A stretch of DNA of 64,000 nt. Origin: a virus. Numbering within the stretch: the first letter of the stretch is position 1; the number at the start of each line of letters is the position of its first letter. The position numbers and the translations under genes were made by a program. The DNA lies in IMG/VR virus record IMGVR_UViG_3300035703_000011; one strand, written 5' to 3'. This document shows positions 54,007 through 63,285 of the stretch, one piece after another. The notes under the pieces are model-generated. The model saw nothing but the letters and a program-made list of their open reading frames with translations, was not told where the DNA came from and searched no databases.

Positions 54007-54224
54007 CACCAGATACCAGGAATAATTTGTCCTGTCAGAGCATATGCACCAAGAGCAGCAATTACTCCAAGCATAGCAAGTCTTCCATTCAAACGTTCTG
54101 CACGCTCATTGTGGGTTTCATACATGTTGTTGTCCATTTTTTCTTGTACCTCAGGGTCAATATACATTGTTGGTTCTTTGGCAAACATATTTTGTTGGCC
54201 AAATTCATTAGTTGTTACTACCAT
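54006..54224 (-). CDS. hli: high-light-inducible protein (HLIP)
   Basis: ERLNGRLAMLGVIAALGAYALTGQIIPG is the CAB/HLIP helix. The track start at 54242 is a TTG, and the first ATG is at 54224, so the start is ambiguous. Confidence 0.9.
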   Translation of the reverse strand: MVVTTNEFGQQNMFAKEPTMYIDPEVQEKMDNNMYETHNERAERLNGRLAMLGVIAALGAYALTGQIIPGIW

Positions 54225-54272
54225 TGTTAAGTTTTTTAACAACCATTAGTATATAGCATTTAAGACCTCCTG

Positions 54273-55055
54273 TCAACCCACAAGAGGTTCCCAGAAAGAA
54301 TAATATTCATAGTCTAACAGTTCAGGTGTTCCTAACTCTGGAGGTCTATTCTTCCAAAAATTCATCACTCCTTCTACATTTTGTTTGTGAAAAATTTCAA
54401 CATGATCTTGATGAATACCAGAATCAAAATCATACCTATATGTAAAAAGAGGCATTGAATATGTTTTGCCAGTATTGTAGATAATTTCTTCTGAAGTTGC
54501 TCTAGGTTTTAATTTTTGATCTAGTCTAAATTTATCACCTCTAGTATGTAACTTAAGTATCTTAGAAGCATGATGCCTAGTAATAACATAAAATGCTGCA
54601 CAGAAATCATTAATTAATCTTGGATGAAGATTTGCTCTTAAATTTTTGGTACTAGTAATCGCGCACTGCAATACATCCCAATCATATGGAGCATAAGACA
54701 TAAATCCACTCCAAGTAAAAGGCCAATAAGGGACTGTATCAAATACTATGTCATCTTCACATATGATAATATAATCTAAATCTGTCTCATCATGAAAATA
54801 TTTTATAGCCTTAAGATGGGACATTGTGCATCCAAGTTCACCCTGAGTAATCAATTCTGGGAATCTCCCAACTAAAAGATCACTAACATCATTATTCCCT
54901 CTGGCATCAATTGCTGAAATTCTAGTATTTTCAATTTCATATTGATCAAACAGACTATTCATATGTGTCTGCCTATCAGTTTCAGTATCAAGATTAATCC
55001 ATAATATTGGACCAATTCCCTTTAATTTTTTTCTAATTGTAGATGTGTCTGTCAT
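54273..55055 (-). CDS. glycosyltransferase family 25 (LPS-type)
   Basis: ILWINLDTETDRQTHMNSLF...ISAIDA...GELGCTMSHLKAI...IICEDDIVF. Confidence 0.8.
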   Translation of the reverse strand: MTDTSTIRKKLKGIGPILWINLDTETDRQTHMNSLFDQYEIENTRISAIDARGNNDVSDLLVGRFPELITQGELGCTMSHLKAIKYFHDETDLDYIIICEDDIVFDTVPYWPFTWSGFMSYAPYDWDVLQCAITSTKNLRANLHPRLINDFCAAFYVITRHHASKILKLHTRGDKFRLDQKLKPRATSEEIIYNTGKTYSMPLFTYRYDFDSGIHQDHVEIFHKQNVEGVMNFWKNRPPELGTPELLDYEYYSFWEPLVG

Positions 55056-55705
55056 GGTCTACCCCACTCAGGATATCTATGTCCTTTCAAAAAACTATAA
55101 TCAACAAAAGTTCTTTCAATATCAGAATAAGTATTCCTCTGCCATGAAAGATGAGGAATAATTACATAGGCATTAATTTCCTTATGAGATTCTGCATAAT
55201 GAAGATCATTGATTTTACTGATATTCATTAACTTGTCTATAAAATAATCATAGACAGTATTCTTAATTCCTACAGATTGTGCTGCAAGGGTATAAACACA
55301 CTTGTATACATTTTCACTTATTTGGGGCATATCCATTCCATGAAAATGCTGTCCTCCAAGATAAAGCATATCCCAATCGTCTGGAACCTGAGGAAGAATA
55401 TCAAAAAACTTTTGATTGACCTCATCATCAAAAACTACATCATCTTCAAGAAGAAGAAAGTTTTCTAGATTATTTTGTTTGGCAAGTTTAATAGTAAACA
55501 AATGAGACAAAGAGCAACCAACTGCACCTTCTTTAATCTCTGGTGGAAATTCCAATCCGAGAGCGCTACCATCAAATCCAGAAACTCTTTCAACATTAAG
55601 ATTGAGTTTTTCAAATTGTGGTTGTGCTAATTCCCATCTATCAGTTCTTTTATCTAAATTAATGCAATAAATTTTTTTAAAGTAATCATTTAATATTTTT
55701 GTCAT
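55052..55705 (-). CDS. glycosyltransferase family 25 (LPS-type)
   Basis: IYCINLDKRTDRWELAQPQF...VSGFDG...GAVGCSLSHLFTI...LLLEDDVVF. The ATG at 55705 overlaps the upstream TGA (ATGA). The track start at 55717 is a TTG. Confidence 0.8.
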   Translation of the reverse strand: MTKILNDYFKKIYCINLDKRTDRWELAQPQFEKLNLNVERVSGFDGSALGLEFPPEIKEGAVGCSLSHLFTIKLAKQNNLENFLLLEDDVVFDDEVNQKFFDILPQVPDDWDMLYLGGQHFHGMDMPQISENVYKCVYTLAAQSVGIKNTVYDYFIDKLMNISKINDLHYAESHKEINAYVIIPHLSWQRNTYSDIERTFVDYSFLKGHRYPEWGRP

Positions 55706-56490
55706 AAAATTTCCCAATCAGAACAGTACAAGTCAAAAGTTTTATTGTGCTCAAGAGATGATCCAAACCATTTTTTTGGTGCCACTACATGCTTACTTTC
55801 AGATAACCAAACACCCCACCAACTAAATGAACTATTTGCCATAATATGATGAGAGCACATTGTCATCATACAAAGATCATAGGCAATATCATTTGATTCA
55901 GAAATTAAAAATCTATCAGAGGAAAATGTATCATTGTCTTTACACCAATCAACATCATTTGAAAAAATTAATACTGGAATATTTGAATCAAATTTAGACA
56001 AAGCTTCATTATAATATTCAACTGATGGCAATGGATGAAAGGATTGTAAATTCAAATAGTCACCCCTCCTTACATGTAAGGAAATAACATCTCCATTTGG
56101 TGAAATATTCTGTACAAAGGTTTTACAATCACCTACAACATTTTCATTAAAAGAAAAATCTCTTTTAATCTCATCTTTAATATTAATGAAATACTTTTCA
56201 GTTTGAAAATACCCATTCAAGTTTATGTTGTCTGGACAATTATTAAATAAATCTTCATCAAAGTGATAAAATTTTTCTTCTATGGTTGGGCCATCAATGA
56301 ATTGAGAATTACATTTAATATCAAAACATTGATAGATGTGACTCAAAAGATTATAATGATTGCCAAAATACTGCTTATCAGGTATACACCAATCATATCC
56401 ATTATTCAATGCTATCCCTTTTAATGATGCATACTGAAACATTTGATTTCCCAAATGTCCATAATTACCAAAGTTATTAAATCCAATCAT
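55702..56490 (-). CDS. alpha-1,2-fucosyltransferase (GT11)
   Basis: GHLGNQMFQYA, LHVRRGDY and SSFSWWG are the three GT11 signature motifs. Confidence 0.85.
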   Translation of the reverse strand: MIGFNNFGNYGHLGNQMFQYASLKGIALNNGYDWCIPDKQYFGNHYNLLSHIYQCFDIKCNSQFIDGPTIEEKFYHFDEDLFNNCPDNINLNGYFQTEKYFINIKDEIKRDFSFNENVVGDCKTFVQNISPNGDVISLHVRRGDYLNLQSFHPLPSVEYYNEALSKFDSNIPVLIFSNDVDWCKDNDTFSSDRFLISESNDIAYDLCMMTMCSHHIMANSSFSWWGVWLSESKHVVAPKKWFGSSLEHNKTFDLYCSDWEIL

Positions 56491-57305
56491 CTTGATAAAT
56501 TATTTTCCAAATATGTTTTATAGATAAAATCTTCAAGAACTTCTATTTTTTTAACTCTTTCTAAGTTATCTAAAATAGCATCCATTTTGCTGTAGTATAT
56601 TTCTTCAGATACTTCAAACTCTTCTGTTAAATTTATTATTCCATCAAGATTGAAATAGTCTCCAATGTCTGGAGTTCCTAAGTATACTGGTATAGTTCCA
56701 GTAGCAAAACAATCTAGAATCTTTTCTGTAAAATATGTTTCATACACTCCATTCTCAATGACTACAGAAAACATATAGTCACAAAGAGCTTCTTCCTTAT
56801 CTTCAATTTCATTAAATCCTCTACCATAGAGATCTACTTGATCCCCAATCATATCAACCCACTCAAGTCTTTTTTGATGGCCCTTAGTAAAATTTTTATT
56901 GGATGTTATAAAGGAAATCATTTTGTCTTTTGGATAAATTTTTGCATCCTTTATCCAATATCCATTGGCAGGACACCATTTAAATCTATCATCTAATTTT
57001 AATAACTCTTTATTATGAGTAAAAATAAATTTAAATTTATCTAAGTATAACTTATAATTTTCCTTTACATGACTGACTATATCTGGAGTTACATACTTAG
57101 ATTCCAATAACCATCCATATTTGACTCCCTGTATATCATCATGAAGACCTTGCTCAATCCAACTATCTACATAGAAAGTTTCTCCTATATCATTATCATT
57201 AATCCATTGAATATATTGAGATTCTTTTCCATGAACTGAATATCCTTTATTCCCAGAGGTTAAATGTGTAAATGAATCTCCAATTAAATTAATTTTATAT
57301 TTCAT
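56487..57305 (-). CDS. GT10-like (alpha-1,3-fucosyltransferase-type) glycosyltransferase
   Basis: YMFSVVIENGVYETYFTEKILDCFATGTIPVYLG matches the GT10 C-terminal EN...Y.TEK...P.Y.G motif. Confidence 0.6.
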   Translation of the reverse strand: MKYKINLIGDSFTHLTSGNKGYSVHGKESQYIQWINDNDIGETFYVDSWIEQGLHDDIQGVKYGWLLESKYVTPDIVSHVKENYKLYLDKFKFIFTHNKELLKLDDRFKWCPANGYWIKDAKIYPKDKMISFITSNKNFTKGHQKRLEWVDMIGDQVDLYGRGFNEIEDKEEALCDYMFSVVIENGVYETYFTEKILDCFATGTIPVYLGTPDIGDYFNLDGIINLTEEFEVSEEIYYSKMDAILDNLERVKKIEVLEDFIYKTYLENNLSR

Positions 57306-58027
57306 TTCAAAAATTCTAAATTGTCAGGAAGGATTTTATTTTCATATAACTTTCTATTTTTGTTATAGATATCAACATCATCATAATAATAGTTAGCAAC
57401 TTTGTCAACAAATAAGGAACATACTTTAATATTTCTGAGATCTTTTACTCTATATCCAAATCTATATGCTCTGTTTGCCATATCTGCATCTGCATAATAA
57501 TATCTATATTCATTATTATACATTCCAATATTCCTGAAAATGTTCTTTTTGTAAAGTCCATAATTCATGACTATTTCATTATTGCCATCAACAGGTGTTT
57601 CAATATTATTTAAAAGGCACCAACTTCCTACCTGATGATTATGTCCATATAACCAATTTGGATCAGTAATATCTTCTACTGATCCGTACTTCCAATTGAA
57701 AAGATAAAAATCATGATCCTCATCAATTTCAGAAATAACCTCATCCCAGTCATTAGACAGTAACACATCATCATTCCACTGACACACTATTTCATGAGTA
57801 GCATTTTGAATTGCCACATTCATAAAGTGGGGATATGGACTTCTACCACCAAGTTCAATTAACTTAATCCTAGGGTGGGTTTCCTCTTTAATATATTCTA
57901 TAGTCCCATCAGTGCTTCCACCATCTACCAGGACCAATTCTAATTTTTCATTTGCCTCAACTGTATTTTCTATCAGTCTTGGTAAAAGTGGACCTCTATT
58001 TAGTGTCCCTGTAATAATACTAATCAT
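57302..58027 (-). CDS. glycosyltransferase family 2
   Basis: ISIITGTLNRGPLLPRLIENTV...LVLVDGGSTDGT...WNDDV. Confidence 0.75.
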   Translation of the reverse strand: MISIITGTLNRGPLLPRLIENTVEANEKLELVLVDGGSTDGTIEYIKEETHPRIKLIELGGRSPYPHFMNVAIQNATHEIVCQWNDDVLLSNDWDEVISEIDEDHDFYLFNWKYGSVEDITDPNWLYGHNHQVGSWCLLNNIETPVDGNNEIVMNYGLYKKNIFRNIGMYNNEYRYYYADADMANRAYRFGYRVKDLRNIKVCSLFVDKVANYYYDDVDIYNKNRKLYENKILPDNLEFLK

Positions 58028-58893
58028 ACTTTTAGAGATAATTCTAAGATTGAAGACTCTACATCACTAAATTCACTAGTTTTTTCAAATACAAAACTAC
58101 ATTCAATATTCATATCATAATAAAAACAATCAGTTTCTCTTTCCCCAAAAGCATAAAATGTTTTTTGTGGATCCATCATATTTTCCCCAGTGGTAGAAAA
58201 ACAAAAAGGACCAGAGTTTCTTCCAATTATTAAATTGCAGTGTTTTGAAATATATGAAATTTCATTTAGATCGCAAGTGTCTGATTGTATAATATCACTT
58301 GTAAATTTAATATTACTTGAATTAGTGTCAAATTTATAAGTTGCTATAAAAAGTTTTTCTGGATTAGACAAAGCACACTTTTCTATAATTTCTGACATAT
58401 CACCATTGTAATGTGATTGACCAGAAAGACAAGGACCATTAGAAAAAAGAATTTTCTTTTCTGAATGATCATTTAAAAATTGATCAATTCTTGAACAATC
58501 AAATTTAGAATAATCTACAAATGGAAAATACTTCTCTATTGAATTTAAATGCAGGTTACTGTCAAAAAATTGATTAAGATATTCATATATTTCACCAAAC
58601 ATTTGATATGAAAACCTTAGAGTACACTCTCCATTAAAAGGTTTATTACTATCAAAATAACATCCAATCCAAGTATTTACATATAATATATTGTCTGAAT
58701 CTACAAATTTGCTATATGGTGATAGATTTGGAATTTGAGTATGAGGTATGTCAAGATCAGAAATAACTACTGGATTATTTGTATGAGCATATTCAAATTC
58801 TGTATCAATTATTTCTACTATTTCTTTGATGAATGCCTTGCTGTGAAACAAGTCCCCATTATGGTAATGATTAAAAAAGCAAATTTTTTTCAC
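58024..58893 (-). CDS. hypothetical glycan-cluster protein (289 aa)
   Basis: ORF with 4-nt overlaps at both ends. No diagnostic motif recognised. Confidence 0.55.
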   Translation of the reverse strand: MKKICFFNHYHNGDLFHSKAFIKEIVEIIDTEFEYAHTNNPVVISDLDIPHTQIPNLSPYSKFVDSDNILYVNTWIGCYFDSNKPFNGECTLRFSYQMFGEIYEYLNQFFDSNLHLNSIEKYFPFVDYSKFDCSRIDQFLNDHSEKKILFSNGPCLSGQSHYNGDMSEIIEKCALSNPEKLFIATYKFDTNSSNIKFTSDIIQSDTCDLNEISYISKHCNLIIGRNSGPFCFSTTGENMMDPQKTFYAFGERETDCFYYDMNIECSFVFEKTSEFSDVESSILELSLKV

Positions 58894-59237
58894 CCATCAA
58901 CTCCCTTATAAAGTTTTACTGAATCTTCCCTAAGAGATTTGTTTTGTGCAATGGCATTATCAACTAGTAAATTAATAGCTTGTACAAGTCTTGGTCTTTT
59001 AACTTTAAAGCAAATATCAATTTTTTTCTTTATCTCAGCAATTTCAGAATCACTCTTTGCTTCTTGAATTGCATCTTCCAACATCCATGTTCTAATATGA
59101 AGAATAGAAAGTTTTTCAACTACTTCTCCAAGATTATCTGTCTCTACATACTCAACATCAGGAAGTTCTCTCCTAGAAAGAACTTCATTAACTGTATGCT
59201 GAATACAGTCTTCCATGAGATTTCCAATTTTTTCCAT
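58890..59237 (-). CDS. DUF4254-like protein (115 aa)
   Basis: LGEVVEKLSILHIRTWMLEDAIQEAKSD...KKKIDICFKVKRPRLVQAINLLVD resembles the DUF4254 pattern often found in glycan clusters, as I recall it. Confidence 0.45.
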   Translation of the reverse strand: MEKIGNLMEDCIQHTVNEVLSRRELPDVEYVETDNLGEVVEKLSILHIRTWMLEDAIQEAKSDSEIAEIKKKIDICFKVKRPRLVQAINLLVDNAIAQNKSLREDSVKLYKGVDG

Positions 59238-59248
59238 TTAAATTTCTC

Positions 59249-60001
59249 CTATTTTCTAAATTCTAAATTTTTATCTAAGTATATCACATTTAAATTTGGA
59301 TTCAAAATCCTAGCATAGTTAATGATATTAGATGTTTTGCAAATTACTGTTTTACAATTTGCAATTGAATGAGAGTCTAAAAGAACTTCATCTCCTAATT
59401 TTATTCTAGTATCAGAATCAAATCCAGTCCAATGTAATGACTGTGATGTTTTAGATTTAGTAGTGTGATTGTGATATATTTCTACACCATCAAAAAAATC
59501 TTCAAATGGTTCTAAAATATTAGCCTCATCTGTAGCAAGAAAAACAGATTCATATTCATTTCTTTCTATTTCTTCTGATATTTCAGAAAAGAATGTTTCC
59601 AGACTAACTCTATCCACATGCTTTTTATGATCTGTTCCTCTGTAATGTATCCCCAAACAATTATCAAATTTAACTAAACTAGATTCTAGTAATGAATTAA
59701 TTCTAGAATTGTATGGAAAATATTTAATATACTGAGACAAGTTTAATTGCTCTTCTGTTGGCCAAGGATCAATGTCTATAAATTGAGTTGACCCAAAAAT
59801 TTCAGCATCTTCTGGATGATCTACTTTTGATTCCAGAAACCAATTGATAGGGTTTCCATATAATGAAAACATTTCTGGTGAGATAAAAATATCATCTCCA
59901 TTATATCCCCTTCTACCAACTAATTCTCTGAGAGTAATAAGAATTGTAGTGTAATTGGATAAAAATCCCCTAGGGAGACCTTCTGTTATAACTGCAGTCA
60001 T
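59249..60001 (-). CDS. putative GDP-sugar (fucosyl-type) transferase (250 aa)
   Basis: CLGIHYRGTDHKKH resembles the HxRRGD nucleotide-sugar motif of the GT11/GT23 superfamily. Weak call. Confidence 0.4.
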   Translation of the reverse strand: MTAVITEGLPRGFLSNYTTILITLRELVGRRGYNGDDIFISPEMFSLYGNPINWFLESKVDHPEDAEIFGSTQFIDIDPWPTEEQLNLSQYIKYFPYNSRINSLLESSLVKFDNCLGIHYRGTDHKKHVDRVSLETFFSEISEEIERNEYESVFLATDEANILEPFEDFFDGVEIYHNHTTKSKTSQSLHWTGFDSDTRIKLGDEVLLDSHSIANCKTVICKTSNIINYARILNPNLNVIYLDKNLEFRK

Positions 60002-61161
60002 TGTAATTCTAATAAAATTTTCTCTAAAAGTTTCATGTCATGATGATTTATAAATTGATTATTTCCAATGTATACTCCATTTTCATGAACAATATCTACA
60101 TTTAAACAATCACTTCCACATTCAATTTCATAGTTTAAATATGGCTGTCTTAGTAAATTACCACTAACAACAGGTCTGTATTCAACTTTATATTTTTCAA
60201 ATAAGAAAATTAATTTATTTTTAATTTCTCTAGTTTTACAAATAAATGGGAAACAAAAAGAACTATTGCCCCAGCTATATTTTAATGGATAGAAATTTTC
60301 ATTACCATACATTAACTCAATAAAAGTTTCATAGTTACTTCTTCTAATATCAATGAATTTATCAAGTCTCTTCAGTTGAGATAGTCCAAGAACAGCAGAT
60401 ATTTCAGTGTTCCTAAAATTATAACCATCAGTTACAAACAAAAATGATTTTTGAATGTCTGGGTATTTTTTAACATACTCATCAAAATTATCAGAAACTC
60501 TTGCAAGACCATGAGATCTTTTTAATTTCATCAGATCATATAGTTCACTGTTATTAGTTGAAATCATTCCACCTTCTACTGTAGACATATGATGTCCAAA
60601 ATAGAAACTAAATGTTGCTCCCAAACTATTAGACCCAATAATGTCCCCATAGACATCAGAACATCCATGTGATTCACAGACATCATCTATAAAAATTGCC
60701 TCAGGAAATATTTCTCTATATAGATGATTGTCTGCAGGAATTCCCAAAAGATGAGTAACAAAAACAAGTTTAATATCTGGATGCTTTTGAGATATTCTTT
60801 TTAGGTTATCAATATCAAAACTATAATTTTGTAAGTTTATGTCACAAAAAATAGGGGTAAGTCCAAGTTGAAAAATTGGATTAATGTTAGTGACCCAAGT
60901 ACAAGCAGGTAGTAAAACCTTATCCCCTCTTTTTAAATTATATTTTTCTATTACTGCTGCAACTAATAGAAAATTAGCAGTGCTTCCAGATGTAACAAAA
61001 AGAGAATGTTTACACCCAACCCATTCTGACCACTTCTGTTCAAACTCTTTTACTTTATTTCCTTGAGTGAATTTGTCTGAGGTTAAAATGAATTTTGCTA
61101 ACCTAGCTCTATCTAAAAAAGATAGAGTATTTTTCATAAGTGGCCACTTATACTCTGACAT
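59998..61161 (-). CDS. PLP/PMP-dependent sugar 3-dehydratase of the DegT family (ColD/RfbH type)
   Basis: DegT/DnrJ/EryC1 architecture, but the Schiff-base Lys position reads SFYFGHHMSTVEGG. His replaces Lys there, as in ColD and E1 3-dehydratases. Confidence 0.75.
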   Translation of the reverse strand: MSEYKWPLMKNTLSFLDRARLAKFILTSDKFTQGNKVKEFEQKWSEWVGCKHSLFVTSGSTANFLLVAAVIEKYNLKRGDKVLLPACTWVTNINPIFQLGLTPIFCDINLQNYSFDIDNLKRISQKHPDIKLVFVTHLLGIPADNHLYREIFPEAIFIDDVCESHGCSDVYGDIIGSNSLGATFSFYFGHHMSTVEGGMISTNNSELYDLMKLKRSHGLARVSDNFDEYVKKYPDIQKSFLFVTDGYNFRNTEISAVLGLSQLKRLDKFIDIRRSNYETFIELMYGNENFYPLKYSWGNSSFCFPFICKTREIKNKLIFLFEKYKVEYRPVVSGNLLRQPYLNYEIECGSDCLNVDIVHENGVYIGNNQFINHHDMKLLEKILLELQ

Positions 61162-62092
61162 AATTTCCCCTATTTTGCAAAAACCAATCTATAGTAATTT
61201 TTAATCCATCTTCCAAAGATGTCTTAGATTTCCATCCCAAAGAATCCATCTTAGAAGTATCTAGTGCCCTCCTTGGAGTTCCATTTGGTTTATTAGTATC
61301 CCAAACAATTTCACCAGTATAACCAACTAATCTAGCTACAATTTCAGATAGTTCTTTGATGCTAACTTCTCTTTGAGGTCCAATATTAATAATATTAGGA
61401 TCTTCATAATTATTCATTAAGAATATTAGTCCATCAGCAAGATCATCTGAAAAAAGAAATTCTCTAGTTGGACTACCATCCCCAAAACAAACTACTTCAG
61501 GATCATTATTTTCTTTTGCCTGAATGAATCTATTGATGAAACTTGGAATTACATGGCACTGCTCTGGGATAAAATTATCATTAATGCCATAAAGATTGTT
61601 TGGCATTACAGAAACAGTAGAAAGACCATATTGCTCTGTGTATTTTTTACACATCATATACCCAGCAATTTTTGCCAAAGAATATGAAATATTAGTTTCT
61701 TCAAGGGGACCAGTCATTAAATACTCTTCTTTAATTGGGACTGGTGCATGTTTTGGGTAAATGCAAGCAGATCCTAGAAACAGAAGTTTCTTACATCCAT
61801 TTCTGTATGCAGAATCAATTACATTAGTTTGAATCTGCAAATTCTCTCTTATAAAGTCTGCAGGGTATTCTTTATTATATCCAATTCCACCCACTTTTGC
61901 TGCTGCAAGAAAGACATATTCTGGTTTATGCTTCTCAAAAAAATTATCTACTTGCTGTTGATCAGTCAAGTCCAACAAAGATTTCCTAATTCCAAGGACA
62001 TTAGTATGTCCAAGTTCCTTCAATTTTCTGGATATAGAAGATCCAACAAGACCTCTATGTCCAGCAATAAAAATTTTACTATCACTGTCCAT
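61148..62092 (-). CDS. fcl: GDP-L-fucose synthase family epimerase/reductase (Fcl/WcaG or ColC)
   Basis: [27 protein letters not shown] and NLYG motifs. The ATG is at 62092. The track start at 62110 is a TTG. Confidence 0.9.
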   Translation of the reverse strand: MDSDSKIFIAGHRGLVGSSISRKLKELGHTNVLGIRKSLLDLTDQQQVDNFFEKHKPEYVFLAAAKVGGIGYNKEYPADFIRENLQIQTNVIDSAYRNGCKKLLFLGSACIYPKHAPVPIKEEYLMTGPLEETNISYSLAKIAGYMMCKKYTEQYGLSTVSVMPNNLYGINDNFIPEQCHVIPSFINRFIQAKENNDPEVVCFGDGSPTREFLFSDDLADGLIFLMNNYEDPNIINIGPQREVSIKELSEIVARLVGYTGEIVWDTNKPNGTPRRALDTSKMDSLGWKSKTSLEDGLKITIDWFLQNRGNYVRV

Positions 62093-63083
62093 AAATGCAC
62101 ATATCCTCAACTAATTGTTTAAAAGAAATTTCAGGTTCCCAACCCAACTTTTCCTTTGCCTTAGTGGCATCACCTAACAAGGTCTCTACCTCAGCAGGTC
62201 TGAAGTATTTAGGACTGACCCTGATGACAATTTTATCAGTATTAGTATCATATCCAACCTCATCTAAACCTTCTCCCCTCCACTCAATATTCATACCAAA
62301 GTATGGTGCAGCCTGCTCAACAAATTCTCTTACAGAATACTGCTCCCCAGTAGCAATAACAAAGTCATCAGGTTCATCCTGTTGAAGCATCAACCACATT
62401 GCTCTGACAAAATCTTTAGCATGTCCCCAATCACGCTTTGCATTAAGGTTTCCTAGATACAAACATTCTTGGAGACCACTAGAAATTCTAGATAATCCAA
62501 TGGTAATCTTTCTGGTTACAAATGTTTCACCTCTTCTTGGAGATTCATGATTGAAAAGAATGCCTGTACAAGCATACATTCCATAGGATTCTCTATAATT
62601 TTTAGTAATCCAATATCCATAAATCTTTGCTACCCCATATGGTGATCTTGGATAAAATGGAGTAGTTTCTTTTTGTGGAATTTCCTGAACAAGACCAAAC
62701 AATTCTGAGGTAGATGCCTGATAAATTTTAGTCTTTTTTTCCATACCAAGAAGACGAACTGCTTCCAAGATTCTTAGAGTTCCAAGTCCATCAACCTGTC
62801 CAGTAAATTCAGGAACCTCAAAAGAAACTTTCACATGACTCTGAGCACCAAGATTATAAATTTCATGTGGTTGAACTTCTTGAATGATTCTAATTAAACT
62901 TGTAGAATCTGATAGATCTCCATAATGAAGATTTAATTTATCATAGATGTGATCTATACGATGTGTATTAATCAAAGAAGATCTTCTTACAATACCATGA
63001 ACTTCATATCCTTTTTCCAATAGAAGTTCAGCAAGATAAGACCCATCCTGACCAGTGATTCCAGTAATTAATGCTACTTTCAT
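62082..63083 (-). CDS. gmd: GDP-mannose 4,6-dehydratase
   Basis: [28 protein letters not shown]...STSELFG...[14 protein letters not shown]...[19 protein letters not shown]. Confidence 0.95.
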   Translation of the reverse strand: MKVALITGITGQDGSYLAELLLEKGYEVHGIVRRSSLINTHRIDHIYDKLNLHYGDLSDSTSLIRIIQEVQPHEIYNLGAQSHVKVSFEVPEFTGQVDGLGTLRILEAVRLLGMEKKTKIYQASTSELFGLVQEIPQKETTPFYPRSPYGVAKIYGYWITKNYRESYGMYACTGILFNHESPRRGETFVTRKITIGLSRISSGLQECLYLGNLNAKRDWGHAKDFVRAMWLMLQQDEPDDFVIATGEQYSVREFVEQAAPYFGMNIEWRGEGLDEVGYDTNTDKIVIRVSPKYFRPAEVETLLGDATKAKEKLGWEPEISFKQLVEDMCIYGQ

Positions 63084-63103
63084 ATAATCTGATATTTTTA
63101 AAT

Positions 63104-63132
63104 ATTCTAAAATATCAGCAAAAAAATGTCAA
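63104..63132 (-). promoter_or_regulatory. near-consensus sigma70 promoter (TTGACA-17 nt-TAGAAT) upstream of gmd
   Basis: Minus sense reads TTGACAtttttttgctgatatttTAGAATatttaaaaatatcagattatATG. The inverted repeat CTGATAT/ATATCAG (63089-63095 and 63112-63118) flanks the -10 box. Confidence 0.6.
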
Positions 63133-63206
63133 CATCCTCTGCAGGATTTGAACCTGCGACTTCTTGGTTCGTAGCCAAGCACTCTAGTCCACTGAGTTAA
63201 GAGGAT
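63133..63206 (-). tRNA. tRNA-Arg (ACG)
   Basis: ATCCTCT-TA-ACTC-AGTGGACTA-GAGT-G-CTTGG-CTACGAA-CCAAG-AAGTC-GCAGG-TTCAAAT-CCTGC-AGAGGAT-G. Confidence 0.85.
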
Positions 63207-63209
63207 AGG

Positions 63210-63281
63210 CGAAGGGCCAGAGATTTGAACTCTGATCTTTGGTTTTGGAGACCAAGATGCTACCAATTGCACCAACCCAAC
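63210..63281 (-). tRNA. tRNA-Trp (CCA) with two U-U mismatches in the acceptor stem (possibly degenerate)
   Basis: GTTGGGT-TG-GTGC-AATTGGTA-GCAT-C-TTGGT-CTCCAAA-ACCAA-AGAT-CAGAG-TTCAAAT-CTCTG-GCCCTTC-G. Positions 2-71 and 3-70 are U-U. Confidence 0.65.
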
Positions 63282-63285
63282 ATGA

